Source: a candidate division WOR-3 bacterium (GTDB lineage Bacteria; Hydrothermota; UBA3073; NMUJ01). Taken from it: a stretch of DNA of 36,206 nucleotides. Shown piece after piece: positions 9,794 through 21,388 of this stretch; the first letter of the stretch is position 1; the number at the start of each line of letters is the position of its first letter. The position numbers and the translations under genes are program-made. The stretch spans positions 1 through 36,206 of the forward strand of contig JAGGUB010000042.1 in the NCBI GenBank assembly GCA_021158725.1. Direction: 5' to 3'. The notes below the pieces were generated by a model. It was not told the DNA's origin and searched no databases. It worked only from the letters and a program-made list of their open reading frames with translations.

Positions 9794-10450
9794 ATGGTAG
9801 GGCTTATAGGTAGGAAAATAGGGATGTCACAGCTTTTTCGCGAAACTGGTGAGGTAGTTCCTGTAACCGTCATAGAGGCGGGGCCGTGCCCCGTTATCGA
9901 TATACGGACAAAGGAGAAACATGGCTACCGTGCAGTGGTTTTGGGTTTCGGTGTTAAGAAGTCGCCCAACAAGCCATACGCTGGTATCTTCCAGAGAATA
10001 AAAAAGATACGACCAGATGCACCAGATATCCCACCTACGCAGGTGCTACGTGAGATACGTGACTTCAATGGTGATGTAAAGATAGGCGATTTCGTAGATG
10101 TCTCTATTTTTAAACCCGGGATGAAGGTCGATGTCACTGGATATACGAAGGGACGTGGTTTCGCCGGTGTCATGAAACGCTATGGGTTTGCGGGTGGGCC
10201 TGATTCACATGGTTCGAAATTCCATCGTCGACCAGGTTCAATAGGTACCAGCAAGACACCAGGCCGTGTACTCAAAGGTAAAAGGATGCCAGGTAGATAT
10301 GGATGTGACAAACAGACCGTGTTGGGATTAGAAGTTGTAAAAGTTGACAAAGAGCGTAACCTGCTATTTGTGAAAGGTTCGGTACCTGGGCCACGTGGTG
10401 GTTACCTCATAATACGTAGCCATAAAGGTGGTGAAGGAGATGGAGGTTAA
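9794..10450 (+). CDS. rplC: 50S ribosomal protein L3
   Basis: [10 protein letters not shown]...[10 protein letters not shown]; [11 protein letters not shown]; KGSVPG. Confidence 0.99.
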   Translation: MVGLIGRKIGMSQLFRETGEVVPVTVIEAGPCPVIDIRTKEKHGYRAVVLGFGVKKSPNKPYAGIFQRIKKIRPDAPDIPPTQVLREIRDFNGDVKIGDFVDVSIFKPGMKVDVTGYTKGRGFAGVMKRYGFAGGPDSHGSKFHRRPGSIGTSKTPGRVLKGKRMPGRYGCDKQTVLGLEVVKVDKERNLLFVKGSVPGPRGGYLIIRSHKGGEGDGG

Positions 10451-11105
10451 AGTTTACTCAGCAACTGGCGATATCGTGGGTAAAACTGAGCTACCGGATG
10501 AGATATTTCGTCACCCTATACGACCAGTTACGGTTGCTGAAGCTATACGGATGTATGAGATGAACCAACACCAGTTTACCGCCTGTAAGAAAACACGTGG
10601 TGAAGTGAGTGGCAGTGGTAGGAAACCATGGCCTCAAAAGCATACGGGGAGGGCACGTCAAGGTAGTATCAGGGCACCCCATTGGCGTGGTGGTGGTGTA
10701 GTTTTTGGCCCCAAACCTCGCAATGTCCATTATAGGTTACCACAAAAGAAGCTACGCATAGCGCTGCTGTCGGTACTTTCACAGCGTGCAAGTGAAGGCC
10801 GGATAATGGTGATAGATGATATACCCATTACTTATCCAAAAACGAAGGAATTTGTGAAGATACTGAAGAATCTCGGTTGGAACGAAGAGCATCCGGAACG
10901 CTATCTGTTTGTGGTGGATAAAATCGACGAGGCCGTATTTCGATCGATGCGTAACCTACGTAAGGTGGACATGCGTGAGGCATATAAAATTAATGCTTTC
11001 GATGTGTTATTGGCTAAAAGGATTGTCTTCACACTTAAAGGGTTGGAGGCCCTCAAAAATAGATTGCTGGAGAAACGTGCTGCAATGGTAGGGGTTGAAG
11101 AATGA
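10440..11105 (+). CDS. rplD: 50S ribosomal protein L4
   Basis: [43 protein letters not shown]; start uncertain (10428-10440). Confidence 0.98.
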   Translation: MEVKVYSATGDIVGKTELPDEIFRHPIRPVTVAEAIRMYEMNQHQFTACKKTRGEVSGSGRKPWPQKHTGRARQGSIRAPHWRGGGVVFGPKPRNVHYRLPQKKLRIALLSVLSQRASEGRIMVIDDIPITYPKTKEFVKILKNLGWNEEHPERYLFVVDKIDEAVFRSMRNLRKVDMREAYKINAFDVLLAKRIVFTLKGLEALKNRLLEKRAAMVGVEE

Positions 11106-11404
11106 GGGATCCAAGGGACATAATTCTGGAACCGATACTCACGGAGAAGGCAGATTTCTTGCGCCGTAAGTATAATATGTATACTTTTAAAGTAGCGATG
11201 GATGCAACTAAACCCGAGATCAAACGTGCGGTGGAGCAGCTTTTTGAGGTACACGTGGAACGTGTGCGTACACAAATAGTCAAGGGTAAACCACGTCGAA
11301 GGTGGGGCAGAGTAGTGGGTAGAAGATCCAACTGGAAGAAGGCCATTTGTAAGCTACGCGAAGGTGAAACTATTCCTATTTTCGAGACGGGTGGAGGTAA
11401 ATAA
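11102..11404 (+). CDS. rplW: 50S ribosomal protein L23
   Basis: PILTEKA...[24 protein letters not shown]...WKKAI. Confidence 0.99.
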   Translation: MRDPRDIILEPILTEKADFLRRKYNMYTFKVAMDATKPEIKRAVEQLFEVHVERVRTQIVKGKPRRRWGRVVGRRSNWKKAICKLREGETIPIFETGGGK

Positions 11405-11405
11405 G

Positions 11406-12251
11406 ATGGGAGTTAGAAAGTTGAACCCCGTCACACCTGGGCAACGGCAACAGGTGGTAGATGACTTTAGTGATATCACAAAAGAGGAACCTGAGAAAAG
11501 TCTCACGATAACACTCAAACGCACTGGTGGCAGGAATAACCAAGGTCGTATTACTGCACCACACAGGGGTGGTGGTGCAAAACGCAAGTACAGGATCATA
11601 GATTTTAAGCGACACGATAAGATAGGAATGAAAGCCAAAGTACTAAGCATAGAATACGATCCATATCGATCGGCTCGTATCGCACTTCTTGAATACGAGG
11701 ATGGTGAACGTCGCTACATTATAGCACCATTGGGGTTGCAGGTGGGTGACGAGGTGGTGGCCGGACCGGATGCCCCCATAAGGGTGGGCAATGCGTTACC
11801 TTTAGCTAATATACCTGAAGGTATAAAGATACACAATATTGAGTTACAACCTGGTAAAGGGGGACAGATCGTACGAGCTGCAGGCTCGTCTGCTACGATA
11901 CTTGCAAAAGAAGGTGATTATGCATTCGTTAAGTTACCATCGGGTGAGATACGTAAGATACATCTTTCATGTTATGCTACAATAGGGCAGGTGAGTAACC
12001 CCGATCATGACTCCATTGTGTTAGGTAAAGCCGGTAAAATGCGATGGCTGGGCCGTCGCCCCCATACACGTGGTGTAGCGATGAACCCTGTCGATCATCC
12101 GCTGGGTGGTGGCGAAGGTAGAGGTAAAGGCAACCGACCACCTGTTTCACGTACGGGAGTGTTAGCAAAAGGTGGTAAGACACGCAACCCCAGGAAACCT
12201 TCAACCAAGTTTATAGTACAGCCACGAACTAAGAAGAAAAGGGGTCGCTGA
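11406..12251 (+). CDS. rplB: 50S ribosomal protein L2
   Basis: GRNNQGRIT...YRIIDF...[12 protein letters not shown]...[17 protein letters not shown]; ATG 11406 after GGAGG. Confidence 0.99.
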   Translation: MGVRKLNPVTPGQRQQVVDDFSDITKEEPEKSLTITLKRTGGRNNQGRITAPHRGGGAKRKYRIIDFKRHDKIGMKAKVLSIEYDPYRSARIALLEYEDGERRYIIAPLGLQVGDEVVAGPDAPIRVGNALPLANIPEGIKIHNIELQPGKGGQIVRAAGSSATILAKEGDYAFVKLPSGEIRKIHLSCYATIGQVSNPDHDSIVLGKAGKMRWLGRRPHTRGVAMNPVDHPLGGGEGRGKGNRPPVSRTGVLAKGGKTRNPRKPSTKFIVQPRTKKKRGR

Positions 12252-12544
12252 TGGGTAGATCGAAGAAAAAGGGTCCATACGTGGATATGAAGCTACTCCG
12301 CAAGATACGTGAACTCGATACAACAAAGGAACGCAAAATAATAAACACCTATTCACGTGATTGCACTATAATACCGGATTTCGTTGGCCACACAATCGGT
12401 GTACATAATGGGAAAACATTCATCCCGGTGTATATAACCGAGGAGATGGTAGGTCATAAGTTGGGTGAGTTTGCACCTACCACAATATTTCGTGGCCACG
12501 GTGGTAAAAAAGCCAAACGTGCTATGCGCAAGAAGAAAGGATGA
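12251..12544 (+). CDS. rpsS: 30S ribosomal protein S19
   Basis: [12 protein letters not shown]...[10 protein letters not shown]...[12 protein letters not shown]. Confidence 0.99.
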   Translation: MGRSKKKGPYVDMKLLRKIRELDTTKERKIINTYSRDCTIIPDFVGHTIGVHNGKTFIPVYITEEMVGHKLGEFAPTTIFRGHGGKKAKRAMRKKKG

Positions 12545-12915
12545 TGGAAAAACTGTCAGTGGTGGAAGGTATTGCCAGGCAGCGCTACCTGAGGGTATCG
12601 CCACGTAAGCTGCATAAGTTGGCGAAACAGTTTGTGGGTAAGAGGGTGGATGAAGCTCTGTCGATGCTGGAACATTTTCCAGGCAAACGTGCCACAATCC
12701 TGTACAAGGCTATTAAATCAGCTGCAGCTAATGCACGGCAGAAGGTGGCACCCGATCCTCTACCGGATGAGGAGCTTTACATACATCAACTGAAGGTAGA
12801 TCGTGCGCTCATACTTAAGCGGTGGGAGTTTCGTGCACGTGGTCGTGCAGATATTAGAAGGACACGTTGGAGCCATTTAACCGTTAAAGTGAGCAACGAA
12901 GAACCGGAGACATAA
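12541..12915 (+). CDS. rplV: 50S ribosomal protein L22
   Basis: RVSPRK...AIKSAAANA...RARGRA...SHLTV; operon position. Confidence 0.98.
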   Translation: MMEKLSVVEGIARQRYLRVSPRKLHKLAKQFVGKRVDEALSMLEHFPGKRATILYKAIKSAAANARQKVAPDPLPDEELYIHQLKVDRALILKRWEFRARGRADIRRTRWSHLTVKVSNEEPET

Positions 12916-13568
12916 TGGGCAGGAAAGTACATCCATTTGGATTTAGGCTCGGTTTTAATAAAGTTTGGAGGTCACGTGGGTTGGTTAAAAACTTGCCCGA
13001 ACTTATAATAACGGACTATAATATACGACGTTATATCAGGGAGAGGTTTGCCGAAGCCGATATAGCGGATATCGAGATAGAGCATGTCGGTGACTGGATA
13101 AGAGTGTTTATAAAGACTGCACGTCCCGCTATAATTATAGGTAGAGGTGGTAGAGAGATAAACAAGTTACGTCAAGAGTTGGAGCTTATGACCTCCAAGA
13201 AGATAGAGATAGAGATCATCGAGGTCGAAAATCCTGCACTTGAGGCATCACTTGTCGCCCAGAGGATCGCAAGGCAGTTGGAACAACGTGTTTCACACCG
13301 ACGTGCGATGAAACGTGCCATCATGGATGGTATGCGGGCAGGTGCTAAGGGTATAAAGATTAGGTGTAGTGGTAGATTGATGGGAGCTGAAATAGCACGT
13401 AGTGAATGGTATCTTCAGGGTCGTATGCCACTTAATACATTGCGTGCAGATATAGACTACGCCCAGGAGACGGCTATCACGCGTGCTGGTACAATAGGTG
13501 TTAAGGTATGGATCTACAAAGGCGATAAACCCAAGATGAAAGCTGAGGTGAAAAATGTTACAGCCTAA
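12915..13568 (+). CDS. rpsC: 30S ribosomal protein S3
   Basis: [45 protein letters not shown]. Confidence 0.99.
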   Translation: MGRKVHPFGFRLGFNKVWRSRGLVKNLPELIITDYNIRRYIRERFAEADIADIEIEHVGDWIRVFIKTARPAIIIGRGGREINKLRQELELMTSKKIEIEIIEVENPALEASLVAQRIARQLEQRVSHRRAMKRAIMDGMRAGAKGIKIRCSGRLMGAEIARSEWYLQGRMPLNTLRADIDYAQETAITRAGTIGVKVWIYKGDKPKMKAEVKNVTA

Positions 13569-13968
13569 GCGTTGGAAATATCGTAAACAACAACGAGGTA
13601 GGTTAAAAGGTAGGTCAAAGGGAGCTACTACGCTTGCGTTTGGTGACTATGGGTTACAGGCACTCGAACCTGCATGGATTACTGCACAACAGATAGAGGC
13701 AGCCCGTGTCGCCATAGGACGTGCTGTGAAGAAGGGTGGCAAGCTGTGGATCAGAATATTTCCTGATAAACCTATAACAAAGAAGCCCGCCGAAACTCGT
13801 ATGGGTAAAGGTAAGGGTGATGTGGCAGGTTATGTGGCGGTGGTGAAACCCGGTCGCATAATGTTCGAACTGGCAGGTGTTAAGGAATCGCTTGCATATG
13901 AAGCATTGAGGCTTGCTGGTCATAAGCTACCCATTAAGACAAGAATAGTGACAAGGGAGATGCTATGA
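13555..13968 (+). CDS. rplP: 50S ribosomal protein L16
   Basis: [40 protein letters not shown]. Confidence 0.99.
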   Translation: MLQPKRWKYRKQQRGRLKGRSKGATTLAFGDYGLQALEPAWITAQQIEAARVAIGRAVKKGGKLWIRIFPDKPITKKPAETRMGKGKGDVAGYVAVVKPGRIMFELAGVKESLAYEALRLAGHKLPIKTRIVTREML

Positions 13969-14159
13969 AGGCGGCTGAATTGCGCCAAATGACAACCGAG
14001 GAGCTGTTGAACCATCTCAACAACCTCAAAGAGGAGCTATTCATGTTGAGGATGCGAAGGCGGTTTGAACAGCTTCCTAACCCTTTACGGATAAGGGTGT
14101 TGAGAAGAGAGATAGCACGTACATTGACAGTACTGCGTGAGAGGGGGATTAAACTATGA
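13965..14159 (+). CDS. rpmC: 50S ribosomal protein L29
   Basis: ELR...ELFMLR...[15 protein letters not shown]; position between rplP and rpsQ. Confidence 0.98.
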   Translation: MKAAELRQMTTEELLNHLNNLKEELFMLRMRRRFEQLPNPLRIRVLRREIARTLTVLRERGIKL

Positions 14160-14458
14160 AGAAAAGGTTTGAAGGTCGTGTAGTAAGTGATAAGATGCAG
14201 AAGACAGTGGTGGTACAAATTGAACGTCGTGTGATGCATCCACTCTACAAAAAGTACATAACGAAACGTAAGAAGCTGGCTTGCCACGATCCCAAGGAGA
14301 TAGCACGTGAGGGCGATTGGGTGCTAATAGAGGAATGCCGTCCTATTAGCAAAACGAAACATTTCCGAGTAGTTAAAGTATTACGACGTGCAGGTGAAGA
14401 GGTACCCGAACCTGAGGAGGTAACCGAAATCAGCGAAGAAACATCGGAGGAACAATGA
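14156..14458 (+). CDS. rpsQ: 30S ribosomal protein S17
   Basis: [14 protein letters not shown]...HPLYKK...ECRPISKTK; acidic C-terminal tail. Confidence 0.99.
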   Translation: MKKRFEGRVVSDKMQKTVVVQIERRVMHPLYKKYITKRKKLACHDPKEIAREGDWVLIEECRPISKTKHFRVVKVLRRAGEEVPEPEEVTEISEETSEEQ

Positions 14459-14823
14459 TCCAGGAACAGACACGCCTGGTGGTGACAGACAATACCGGTG
14501 CAAAGGAAGCAATGTGTATAAAGGTGTTGGGCGGTACACGTAGAAAATATGCACATGTGGGTGATGTGATAGTGGTGGTTATAAAGGAAGCTACACCACG
14601 TTCGGAGATGAAGGAAGGCACAATAAAAAGGGCAGTAGTTGTGCGTACCAAAAAAGAGTATAGGCGTAAGGATGGTAGCTACATTAGGTTTGATGATAAC
14701 GCATGCGTATTGATAAACAGGGAAGGTGACCCCGTAGGTACACGCATATTTGGGCCTGTTGCTCGAGAGCTTCGTGAAAGGAAGTTTATGCGGATCGTTT
14801 CGTTAGCGAGTGAGGTTGTATAA
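14455..14823 (+). CDS. rplN: 50S ribosomal protein L14
   Basis: [17 protein letters not shown]...[11 protein letters not shown]...[13 protein letters not shown]. Confidence 0.99.
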   Translation: MIQEQTRLVVTDNTGAKEAMCIKVLGGTRRKYAHVGDVIVVVIKEATPRSEMKEGTIKRAVVVRTKKEYRRKDGSYIRFDDNACVLINREGDPVGTRIFGPVARELRERKFMRIVSLASEVV

Positions 14824-15137
14824 TGCGTAAAATAAAGAAAGGTGATATCGTTGAGGTGATCACCGGTAAGGATAGGGGTAAACAAGGTAAGGTGCTTAAA
14901 GTTTTTCCAAAGACCTCACGCATAATAGTCGAAGGGGTAAACTTCCAGAAGAAACACTATCGTGCACGTAGGGCAGGTGAACAGTCTCAGATTATCACGC
15001 GCGAGGGTCCGATTCATATTTCGAATGTGAAATTGGTTTGCCCCAAATGTGGCCAACCTACTAGGGTAGGTTTTAAGATAATAGGAGATCGTAAGTTAAG
15101 GTATTGCAAGAAATGTCAGGAGCTGGTAGATGAGTAA
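14823..15137 (+). CDS. rplX: 50S ribosomal protein L24
   Basis: [22 protein letters not shown]...VEGVN...IHISNV. Confidence 0.99.
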   Translation: MRKIKKGDIVEVITGKDRGKQGKVLKVFPKTSRIIVEGVNFQKKHYRARRAGEQSQIITREGPIHISNVKLVCPKCGQPTRVGFKIIGDRKLRYCKKCQELVDE

Positions 15138-15714
15138 AGAAGTCAAAGAAGAGGTTAAACAGGAAAAATATGTACCGAGGTTGAAAGAACTTTACATGAA
15201 TAAGGTACGTCCGGAGCTTATGAAACGCATGGGATACAAAAACATCTGGCAAGTACCGAGGCTCGTTAAGATTGTCATAAACAGTGCAGTAGGAGAGGCA
15301 GTTCGTGATCCTACGTATATAACAGAAGCTGAACAGACACTTGCTAAAATTACGGGCCAAAAACCCATAATCATAAAAGCCAAACGTAACGTATCAGCTT
15401 TTGGCTTAAGGAAAGGTAAGCCCATCGCAGCAAAGGTTACATTACGGGGTGACCGCATGTATGAATTTCTCGATCGCTTCATAACGTTTGCAGCACCACG
15501 GATACGTGATTTTAGGGGGTTTGATCCAGACTCATTTGATGGACGTGGTAACTACTCCTTGGGTATAAGTGAGCAACTTATTTTCCCCGAAATAAAGTAT
15601 GATGAGGTGAAACATGTCATAGGTATGGATATAACGATAGTGACAACAGCTAAAACTGACGATGAGGCACGTGCATTACTTGAGAGTTTAGGCTTCCCGT
15701 TTAGAAGGAGGTAA
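15130..15714 (+). CDS. rplE: 50S ribosomal protein L5
   Basis: [10 protein letters not shown]...ITGQKP...KVTLRG...[20 protein letters not shown]. Confidence 0.99.
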   Translation: MSKEVKEEVKQEKYVPRLKELYMNKVRPELMKRMGYKNIWQVPRLVKIVINSAVGEAVRDPTYITEAEQTLAKITGQKPIIIKAKRNVSAFGLRKGKPIAAKVTLRGDRMYEFLDRFITFAAPRIRDFRGFDPDSFDGRGNYSLGISEQLIFPEIKYDEVKHVIGMDITIVTTAKTDDEARALLESLGFPFRRR

Positions 15715-15715
15715 T

Positions 15716-15901
15716 ATGGCAAAGAAGAGTTGGATAGTTAAACAGAAAAAAGAACCCAAATATTCGACCCGAAAGTATAACCGATGTCCAGTCTGTGGCC
15801 GTGCACGTGCGTATCTGACAAAATTTGGACTGTGTCGAATATGTTTCAAGAAGTTTGCACTTGAAGGTTATATCCCTGGTGTTAAAAAGGCGAGTTGGTG
15901 A
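15716..15901 (+). CDS. rpsN: 30S ribosomal protein S14, Zn-binding (type Z)
   Basis: 61 aa, [11 protein letters not shown]...GLCRICF...[11 protein letters not shown]. Confidence 0.99.
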   Translation: MAKKSWIVKQKKEPKYSTRKYNRCPVCGRARAYLTKFGLCRICFKKFALEGYIPGVKKASW

Positions 15902-16293
15902 TGAGTAACGTAACCGATCCCATTGCGGATATGTTAACGAGGATACGTAACGCATTGATGGCAGATCATAAGGAAGTGTTAATACCGGCATCGAAAGTGA
16001 AGATCGGTATAGCTGATGTACTTAAGAGGGAAGGCTATATACAGGATTATGAGGTGATACCTGACAACAAACAAGGTAACATACGCATAATATTCAAACG
16101 TAACCCCAACCCACTTGTCGCACTCGTTCGTGTAAGCAAACCCGGCAGAAGAGTATATGTCTCAGCTAAGAAGATACCACGTGTTAAGGGTGGTCTGGGT
16201 ATATGCATATTGTCGACACCTATGGGTATATTATCGGATAATGAAGCACGTAAGAAAAATGTTGGCGGTGAGTTGCTGGCGATGGTCTGGTAG
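15901..16293 (+). CDS. rpsH: 30S ribosomal protein S8
   Basis: DPIADMLTRIRNA...RVSKPGRRVY...ILSTPMG...GGELL; TGATG overlap. Confidence 0.99.
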   Translation: MSNVTDPIADMLTRIRNALMADHKEVLIPASKVKIGIADVLKREGYIQDYEVIPDNKQGNIRIIFKRNPNPLVALVRVSKPGRRVYVSAKKIPRVKGGLGICILSTPMGILSDNEARKKNVGGELLAMVW

Positions 16294-16301
16294 GAGGTAT
16301 G

Positions 16302-16874
16302 ATGTCAAAGATTGGTAAGAAACCCATTTTATTGCCTGAAAACGTAAAGGTTGAGATAAAGGAAAATGCCGTAGAAGTAGTGGGTCCAAAAGGTAAGCTT
16401 ACACTCGAATTCCCTAACTACCTACAAATTGTAAAAGAAGATGGTAAGCTCCTCGTACGTGCTGTTGAAGATAAGAAGGCGTATCGTAGGATGTGGGGCA
16501 CTATACGTGCACATCTGAATAATATGGTGAAAGGTGTAACGGAAGGATTTACTAAAACTTTAATTCTACGTGGACGTGGTTACCAGATGAGTAAAGAGGG
16601 TAACAGGCTTAAGATTATGGTGGGGTTTTCACACCCTGTGTATGTAGATATACCGGATGATATAGAGGTGGAGTTACCAGATCCACAGAAACTTATTGTC
16701 AAAGGTATCGATAAACAAAAAGTAGGTAACTTTGCTGCTAAGATACGAGCTATAAAGCCGGCAAAGAAATTTCCCTATGTGCCTAAAGGTATGACGATGC
16801 CGAAAGGTTTCTATTACGAAGGTGAACATGTACGTGTTAAAGCAGGCAAGAAAGGGCAGGTTGGTGGCAAATGA
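16302..16874 (+). CDS. rplF: 50S ribosomal protein L6
   Basis: MSKIGKKPI...GPKGKL...[10 protein letters not shown]...GFSHPV...[15 protein letters not shown]; C-terminal motif altered. Confidence 0.98.
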   Translation: MSKIGKKPILLPENVKVEIKENAVEVVGPKGKLTLEFPNYLQIVKEDGKLLVRAVEDKKAYRRMWGTIRAHLNNMVKGVTEGFTKTLILRGRGYQMSKEGNRLKIMVGFSHPVYVDIPDDIEVELPDPQKLIVKGIDKQKVGNFAAKIRAIKPAKKFPYVPKGMTMPKGFYYEGEHVRVKAGKKGQVGGK

Positions 16875-17224
16875 AGCGCTTAGTTGGCAGAGAAAAACGT
16901 CATAAACGTGTAAGACGTAAAATAAGTGGTACACCTGAACGTCCACGTCTATGTGTGTTCAGGAGCCTCAAACACATATATGCGCAGATAATCGATGATA
17001 CAATAGGACATACACTTGTAGCTGCCTCTACGTTAGAGATACCAAAGGAACAGCTTGCTGGTAAGACTAAAGTCGAACAAGCATATATGGTGGGTAAATT
17101 AATTGCCGAGAAGGCACTCAAAAAGGGTATAACGAAGGTGGTTTTCGATCGTGGTGGTTACAAATATCATGGTAGGGTGAAGGCGCTTGCTGAAGGTGCA
17201 AGAGAAGGTGGCCTTCTATTTTAA
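16871..17224 (+). CDS. rplR: 50S ribosomal protein L18
   Basis: [20 protein letters not shown]...[26 protein letters not shown]. Confidence 0.99.
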   Translation: MKRLVGREKRHKRVRRKISGTPERPRLCVFRSLKHIYAQIIDDTIGHTLVAASTLEIPKEQLAGKTKVEQAYMVGKLIAEKALKKGITKVVFDRGGYKYHGRVKALAEGAREGGLLF

Positions 17225-17234
17225 GGAGGTTGCA

Positions 17235-17735
17235 ATGAAAGAGAGCGAAATTCTCTCTCAGATAGAAAAAGAGGGTGCATTGGAGGAGAGGGTGCTCGCT
17301 ATCCGACGGGTGACAAAAGTTATAACAGGTGGTAAAAGGTTACGTTTTTCGGTACTCTGTGCAGTGGGTGATAGGGCTGGTCGTGTAGGTGTAGCGCTCG
17401 CCAAGGCGCCAGAAGTTGCTGATGGTATACAGAAATGTTTCAGGCAAGCACGTAAAAACATGTTTCGTGTGAAAGTGGTGAATGATACGATTCCACATGA
17501 GGTGATGGTCAAATTTAAGGCGAGTAAAATGTTACTTAAGCCAGCAGCCCCCGGTACGGGTGTGATAGCCTGTGACCCCGTACGTGCAGTGTTGGAGCTT
17601 GCCGGCATTAAAAACATATTGACAAAGTCTTTGGGCTCGAATAATGTAATAAACATGATACAAGCTACGGTAAAAGCACTTAAGGAGCTACGTACTTACG
17701 AAGAGGTGATGCGTGCACGAGGTAAAATTAAATGA
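17235..17735 (+). CDS. rpsE: 30S ribosomal protein S5
   Basis: [16 protein letters not shown]...[12 protein letters not shown]...KSLGSNN; AAGGAGG before ATG 17235. Confidence 0.99.
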   Translation: MKESEILSQIEKEGALEERVLAIRRVTKVITGGKRLRFSVLCAVGDRAGRVGVALAKAPEVADGIQKCFRQARKNMFRVKVVNDTIPHEVMVKFKASKMLLKPAAPGTGVIACDPVRAVLELAGIKNILTKSLGSNNVINMIQATVKALKELRTYEEVMRARGKIK

Positions 17736-17929
17736 AAGCATTAAAAATAACGCAGATAAGGAGCGCTATAGGGAGGCCAAAGAAGCAGAAGCTTACCTTA
17801 TTAGCGTTGGGATTACGTAAAAGGGAGGCTACAGTTATACATCGTGATACACCACAGATTAGGGGTATGATCGAGAAGGTGAAACACCTTGTTAAGGTTG
17901 AAGAGATAGAATTGCCGGAGGTAGAATGA
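17732..17929 (+). CDS. rpmD: 50S ribosomal protein L30
   Basis: [12 protein letters not shown]...LGLRK...[15 protein letters not shown]. Confidence 0.99.
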   Translation: MKALKITQIRSAIGRPKKQKLTLLALGLRKREATVIHRDTPQIRGMIEKVKHLVKVEEIELPEVE

Positions 17930-18351
17930 TTGAGCTGAACGACTTACCTAAGTTGACCAAAAAGCGTAAAAGAGTAGGACGTGGCCCCGGTTGCCATGGT
18001 ACCACTGCAGGACGTGGTACAAAGGGCCAAAAGGCGCGTGGCCAGGTACATCCTGAGTTTGAAGGTGGCCAGATGCCACTCATTAGGAGGTTACCGAAGC
18101 GTGGGTTCAAAAACATAGGACGTGTAGAGTATGAAATCGTAAATGTCAAGCAGCTCAATATATTTCCAGATGGTACACGAGTTACCCCCGAGAAACTGAA
18201 ACAGGCGGGTTTATACAAAGGTAAACTACCTCTGAAGATATTGGGTGATGGCGAATTGTTGCGACAACTCACAGTTGTAGCACATAAGTTTAGCAAAAAA
18301 GCGAAAGAAGAGATAGAAAAGATGGGCGGTCAGATAGAAATACTTGAGTGA
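17926..18351 (+). CDS. rplO: 50S ribosomal protein L15
   Basis: [24 protein letters not shown]...[17 protein letters not shown]...KILGDG. Confidence 0.99.
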   Translation: MIELNDLPKLTKKRKRVGRGPGCHGTTAGRGTKGQKARGQVHPEFEGGQMPLIRRLPKRGFKNIGRVEYEIVNVKQLNIFPDGTRVTPEKLKQAGLYKGKLPLKILGDGELLRQLTVVAHKFSKKAKEEIEKMGGQIEILE

Positions 18352-19658
18352 TGTTTGGTAGATTTCGTGACATATTTAAGATACCGGATCTACGAAATAG
18401 GATACTTTTTACGCTTGCATTACTTGCAGTTTATAGATTAGGGGGGCACATCCCATTACCGGGTGTGGATACCAAGGCGTTGTTGAGCTTCTTCGCTGGT
18501 GCGAGAGGTACAATACTTGGGTTATACGATATCTTTGTAGGTGGTAACCTCGCTAATGGTACAATATTTGGGCTTGGCATAATGCCGTATATTAGTGCAT
18601 CCATTATATTACAGTTGTTGGGTGCAGCAGTACCTTACTTCCAGAGATTGATGAAGGAAGGTGAAGAGGGTAGACGTAAAATCACGCAATACACACGTTA
18701 CCTTACAGTAGCTATAAGTACTTTACAGGGGTTTGGGATAGCAGTGATGTTAGAGAACCTCCGTACCCCCAGCGGTGTAGTGGTGGTGAATCCTGGGCTT
18801 AGATTCAAATTCTTAACAGTGCTCACACTTGTTGCGGGTACAATATTTATAATGTGGTTAGGTGAGCTCATAACCGAGCGTGGTATCGGAAACGGTATCT
18901 CACTCATAATAATGGTAGGGATTATTGCAAGGTTTCCAAACTATTTTATACGGACGTTACAGATGGTAAGGGTGGGGTTAAGTCCGGTTGCCGTATTTGT
19001 GGTGTTAGTGACGTTCTTCTTACTTACGTTAGCACTTGTGTGGGTGACACAAGCGCAACGTCGTATACCGGTACAGTATGCACAACGTGTGGTAGGTAGA
19101 AGGATATACGGGGGGAGGAGCACACATATACCATTAACCATGAATACAGCAGGCGTTATCCCTATAATTTTTGCACAATCTGCACTTATGCTACCGGCAA
19201 CGATGGCACGCTTCTTTTCTGCCAACCCCATTGCACAGGAAGTTGTCAACATACTTAACCCACAGAGCTGGATCTATAACCTAATTTATACAGGATTGAT
19301 AGTGTTCTTCGCATATTTCTACACAGCTATAGTGATAAATCCGCAGGACTTGGCCGATAACCTAAAGCGTTATGGCGGATTCATACCAGGGGTACGACCT
19401 GGTGAGAAAACTGCTCAATATATAGACCATGTTCTAACACGTATAACGCTACCGGGTGCATTGTTCTTCGCATTTGCAGCAATAGTACCAACCTATATAA
19501 CAGCTAAACTTAATGTACCATTCTATTTCGGGGGTACCTCACTCATAATTGTGGTGGGGGTTGCACTCGATACCTTACGTCAGATAGAGGCACACCTTGT
19601 TATGCGGCACTATGAGGGTTTCTTACACAGGGGTAGAATAAGAGGTAGACGCGGATGA
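18351..19658 (+). CDS. secY: Preprotein translocase subunit SecY
   Basis: RILFTL...YRLGGHIPLPG...LGIMPYISASIILQLL...GIGNGISLII...GFIPGVRPG...FYFGGTSLIIVVGVALDT. Confidence 0.99.
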   Translation: MFGRFRDIFKIPDLRNRILFTLALLAVYRLGGHIPLPGVDTKALLSFFAGARGTILGLYDIFVGGNLANGTIFGLGIMPYISASIILQLLGAAVPYFQRLMKEGEEGRRKITQYTRYLTVAISTLQGFGIAVMLENLRTPSGVVVVNPGLRFKFLTVLTLVAGTIFIMWLGELITERGIGNGISLIIMVGIIARFPNYFIRTLQMVRVGLSPVAVFVVLVTFFLLTLALVWVTQAQRRIPVQYAQRVVGRRIYGGRSTHIPLTMNTAGVIPIIFAQSALMLPATMARFFSANPIAQEVVNILNPQSWIYNLIYTGLIVFFAYFYTAIVINPQDLADNLKRYGGFIPGVRPGEKTAQYIDHVLTRITLPGALFFAFAAIVPTYITAKLNVPFYFGGTSLIIVVGVALDTLRQIEAHLVMRHYEGFLHRGRIRGRRG

Positions 19659-20296
19659 ATATTGTTATCTTAGGGCCACCAGGTGTAGGTAAAGGTACAC
19701 AGGCAGTGAGGTTGGCACAAATGGGTTGGATACATATCTCAACTGGCGATATACTACGTGAGAGCATAGAAAAGGGTGACACACTTGGCAATAAAGTAGC
19801 ACAATATGTACATAGGGGTGAGTTGGTCCCCAATCACCTAATTGTGGAGGTACTTAAGCAAAAGCTACAGGAGATCGATTGCAATTCCAACATCGTGCTG
19901 GATGGCTTCCCACGTAATGTCGAGCAGGCCAGGGCACTTGAGGGGTTGATTAAAGTGGATAAAGTATTATATTTAAAATGTGACGACGAACAGATCATTA
20001 AAAGGTTAACCGCAAGACGAATATGTCCACGATGTGGTGAGGTTTATAATATTATAACTAAACCACCCAGTGATAATATGAGATGTGATAAGTGTGGAAG
20101 CTCACTTATACAGCGGGAAGATGATCGTGAGGATGTAATACGTAAGCGGTTGGAAGTATATCATCGTGAAACTGCACCGTTGGTTGAATATTATCGAAGA
20201 AATGGGCTACTGGAAGAGATAGATGCAACTGGTACAATAGATGAGGTTTTTGACCAAATTCGTGAAAAAATAGAAGAATGGGCAAAAAGAAAATGA
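19655..20296 (+). CDS. adk: Adenylate kinase (Zn-binding LID)
   Basis: [29 protein letters not shown] with CPRC...CDKC. Confidence 0.99.
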   Translation: MNIVILGPPGVGKGTQAVRLAQMGWIHISTGDILRESIEKGDTLGNKVAQYVHRGELVPNHLIVEVLKQKLQEIDCNSNIVLDGFPRNVEQARALEGLIKVDKVLYLKCDDEQIIKRLTARRICPRCGEVYNIITKPPSDNMRCDKCGSSLIQREDDREDVIRKRLEVYHRETAPLVEYYRRNGLLEEIDATGTIDEVFDQIREKIEEWAKRK

Positions 20297-20493
20297 TACA
20301 AATGGAAGGTACAGTCAAAGAGGTGTTGAAGGGTGGGCTATTCCGTGTAGTACTTGATAATGGATTGGAGGTGCTTGCACATAGCTCAGGTAAGATGCGT
20401 ATGCATTTTATTAGGATTGTGGAAGGTGACCGCGTACGGGTTGAACTTAGCCCTTATGATTTAACACGTGGACGTATTATATACAGGTTTTGA
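20278..20493 (+). CDS. infA: Translation initiation factor IF-1
   Basis: EGTV...FRVVLDNG...[34 protein letters not shown]. Confidence 0.98.
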   Translation: MGKKKMIQMEGTVKEVLKGGLFRVVLDNGLEVLAHSSGKMRMHFIRIVEGDRVRVELSPYDLTRGRIIYRF

Positions 20494-20502
20494 GGAGGTA
20501 AA

Positions 20503-20619
20503 ATGAAAGTTAGAGCTTCCGTTAAAAAGCGTTGTAGGGATTGCAAGATTGTGCGTAGGAAAGGTATTGTCCGGGTAATATGTAAAAAGAATCCAAAACA
20601 TAACCAAAGGCAGGGCTGA
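20503..20619 (+). CDS. rpmJ: 50S ribosomal protein L36 (Zn-ribbon form); not in ORF track
   Basis: Manual translation [38 protein letters not shown] (38 aa) after GAGGAGG; TGATG overlap with rpsM. Confidence 0.98.
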   Translation: MKVRASVKKRCRDCKIVRRKGIVRVICKKNPKHNQRQG

Positions 20620-20993
20620 TGGCACGTATAGCAGGACGTGATCTACCACCAAACAAGAGGATAGAGATTGCACTCACCTATATCTATGGGATTGGATTGT
20701 CACGTTCACGCAAGATACTGGAAGCTACGGGGGTGGACCCTGATAAAAGGGTGAAAGATCTGACCGAAAAGGAGATAGAATTACTACGTAAGGAGATAGA
20801 AGGTAAATACAAAGTTGAAGGTGCACTACGTGCAGAGGTGAGGGATAACATTAAAAGACTGATAGCGATAAGGTGTTGGCGTGGCTTAAGACATGAAGCC
20901 GGTTTGCCAGTACGGGGGCAACGTACACGGACGAATGCACGTACACGCAAGGGGCCACGAGGTGCACAAATAGGTAAACGTAAAAAGAGCTAA
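20619..20993 (+). CDS. rpsM: 30S ribosomal protein S13
   Basis: [10 protein letters not shown]...[10 protein letters not shown]...RGLRH...[14 protein letters not shown]. Confidence 0.99.
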   Translation: MARIAGRDLPPNKRIEIALTYIYGIGLSRSRKILEATGVDPDKRVKDLTEKEIELLRKEIEGKYKVEGALRAEVRDNIKRLIAIRCWRGLRHEAGLPVRGQRTRTNARTRKGPRGAQIGKRKKS

Positions 20994-21004
20994 TAGGAGA
21001 TAAA

Positions 21005-21388
21005 ATGGCACGCCGTGGTGGATCTAAGAAGTTAAAGAAGGTGCCAGTTGAGGGTATAGTACATATCCATACCACTTTTAACAACACAATAGTAACGGTT
21101 ACGGATAAGGAGGGTAACGTAATAACGTGGGCAAGCGGTGGTACCATAGGGTATAAGGGGACAAAGAAGGGGACACCATTTGCAGCTGGATTAGCCGCGC
21201 GTGAGGTTGCACGTAAAGTATACGATGCGGGTATGCGACGTGTGGAGATATGGATAAAGGGGCCAGGTCCCGGGCGAGAGACCGCCGTCCGTGCAATACA
21301 TGGTGAAGGGCTTGAGGTCACTGCTATAAGAGATAAAACCCCTATACCACATAATGGGTGTAGGCCACCCAAAAAACGGAGAGTGTGA
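21005..21388 (+). CDS. rpsK: 30S ribosomal protein S11
   Basis: [15 protein letters not shown]...TPFAA...[10 protein letters not shown]...[16 protein letters not shown]. Confidence 0.99.
   Translation: MARRGGSKKLKKVPVEGIVHIHTTFNNTIVTVTDKEGNVITWASGGTIGYKGTKKGTPFAAGLAAREVARKVYDAGMRRVEIWIKGPGPGRETAVRAIHGEGLEVTAIRDKTPIPHNGCRPPKKRRV

Noticed and set aside
10620-10680. L4 loop QKHTG instead of QKGTG (macrolide-resistance loop)
   Set aside because: As I recall, PQKHTGRAR also occurs naturally in Thermus L4; it is a lineage variant, not evidence of acquired resistance.
14380-14458. Acidic C-terminal extension on S17, with shorter ones on L22 and L30
   Set aside because: Short variable tails are common on these proteins and often encode the next gene's RBS.
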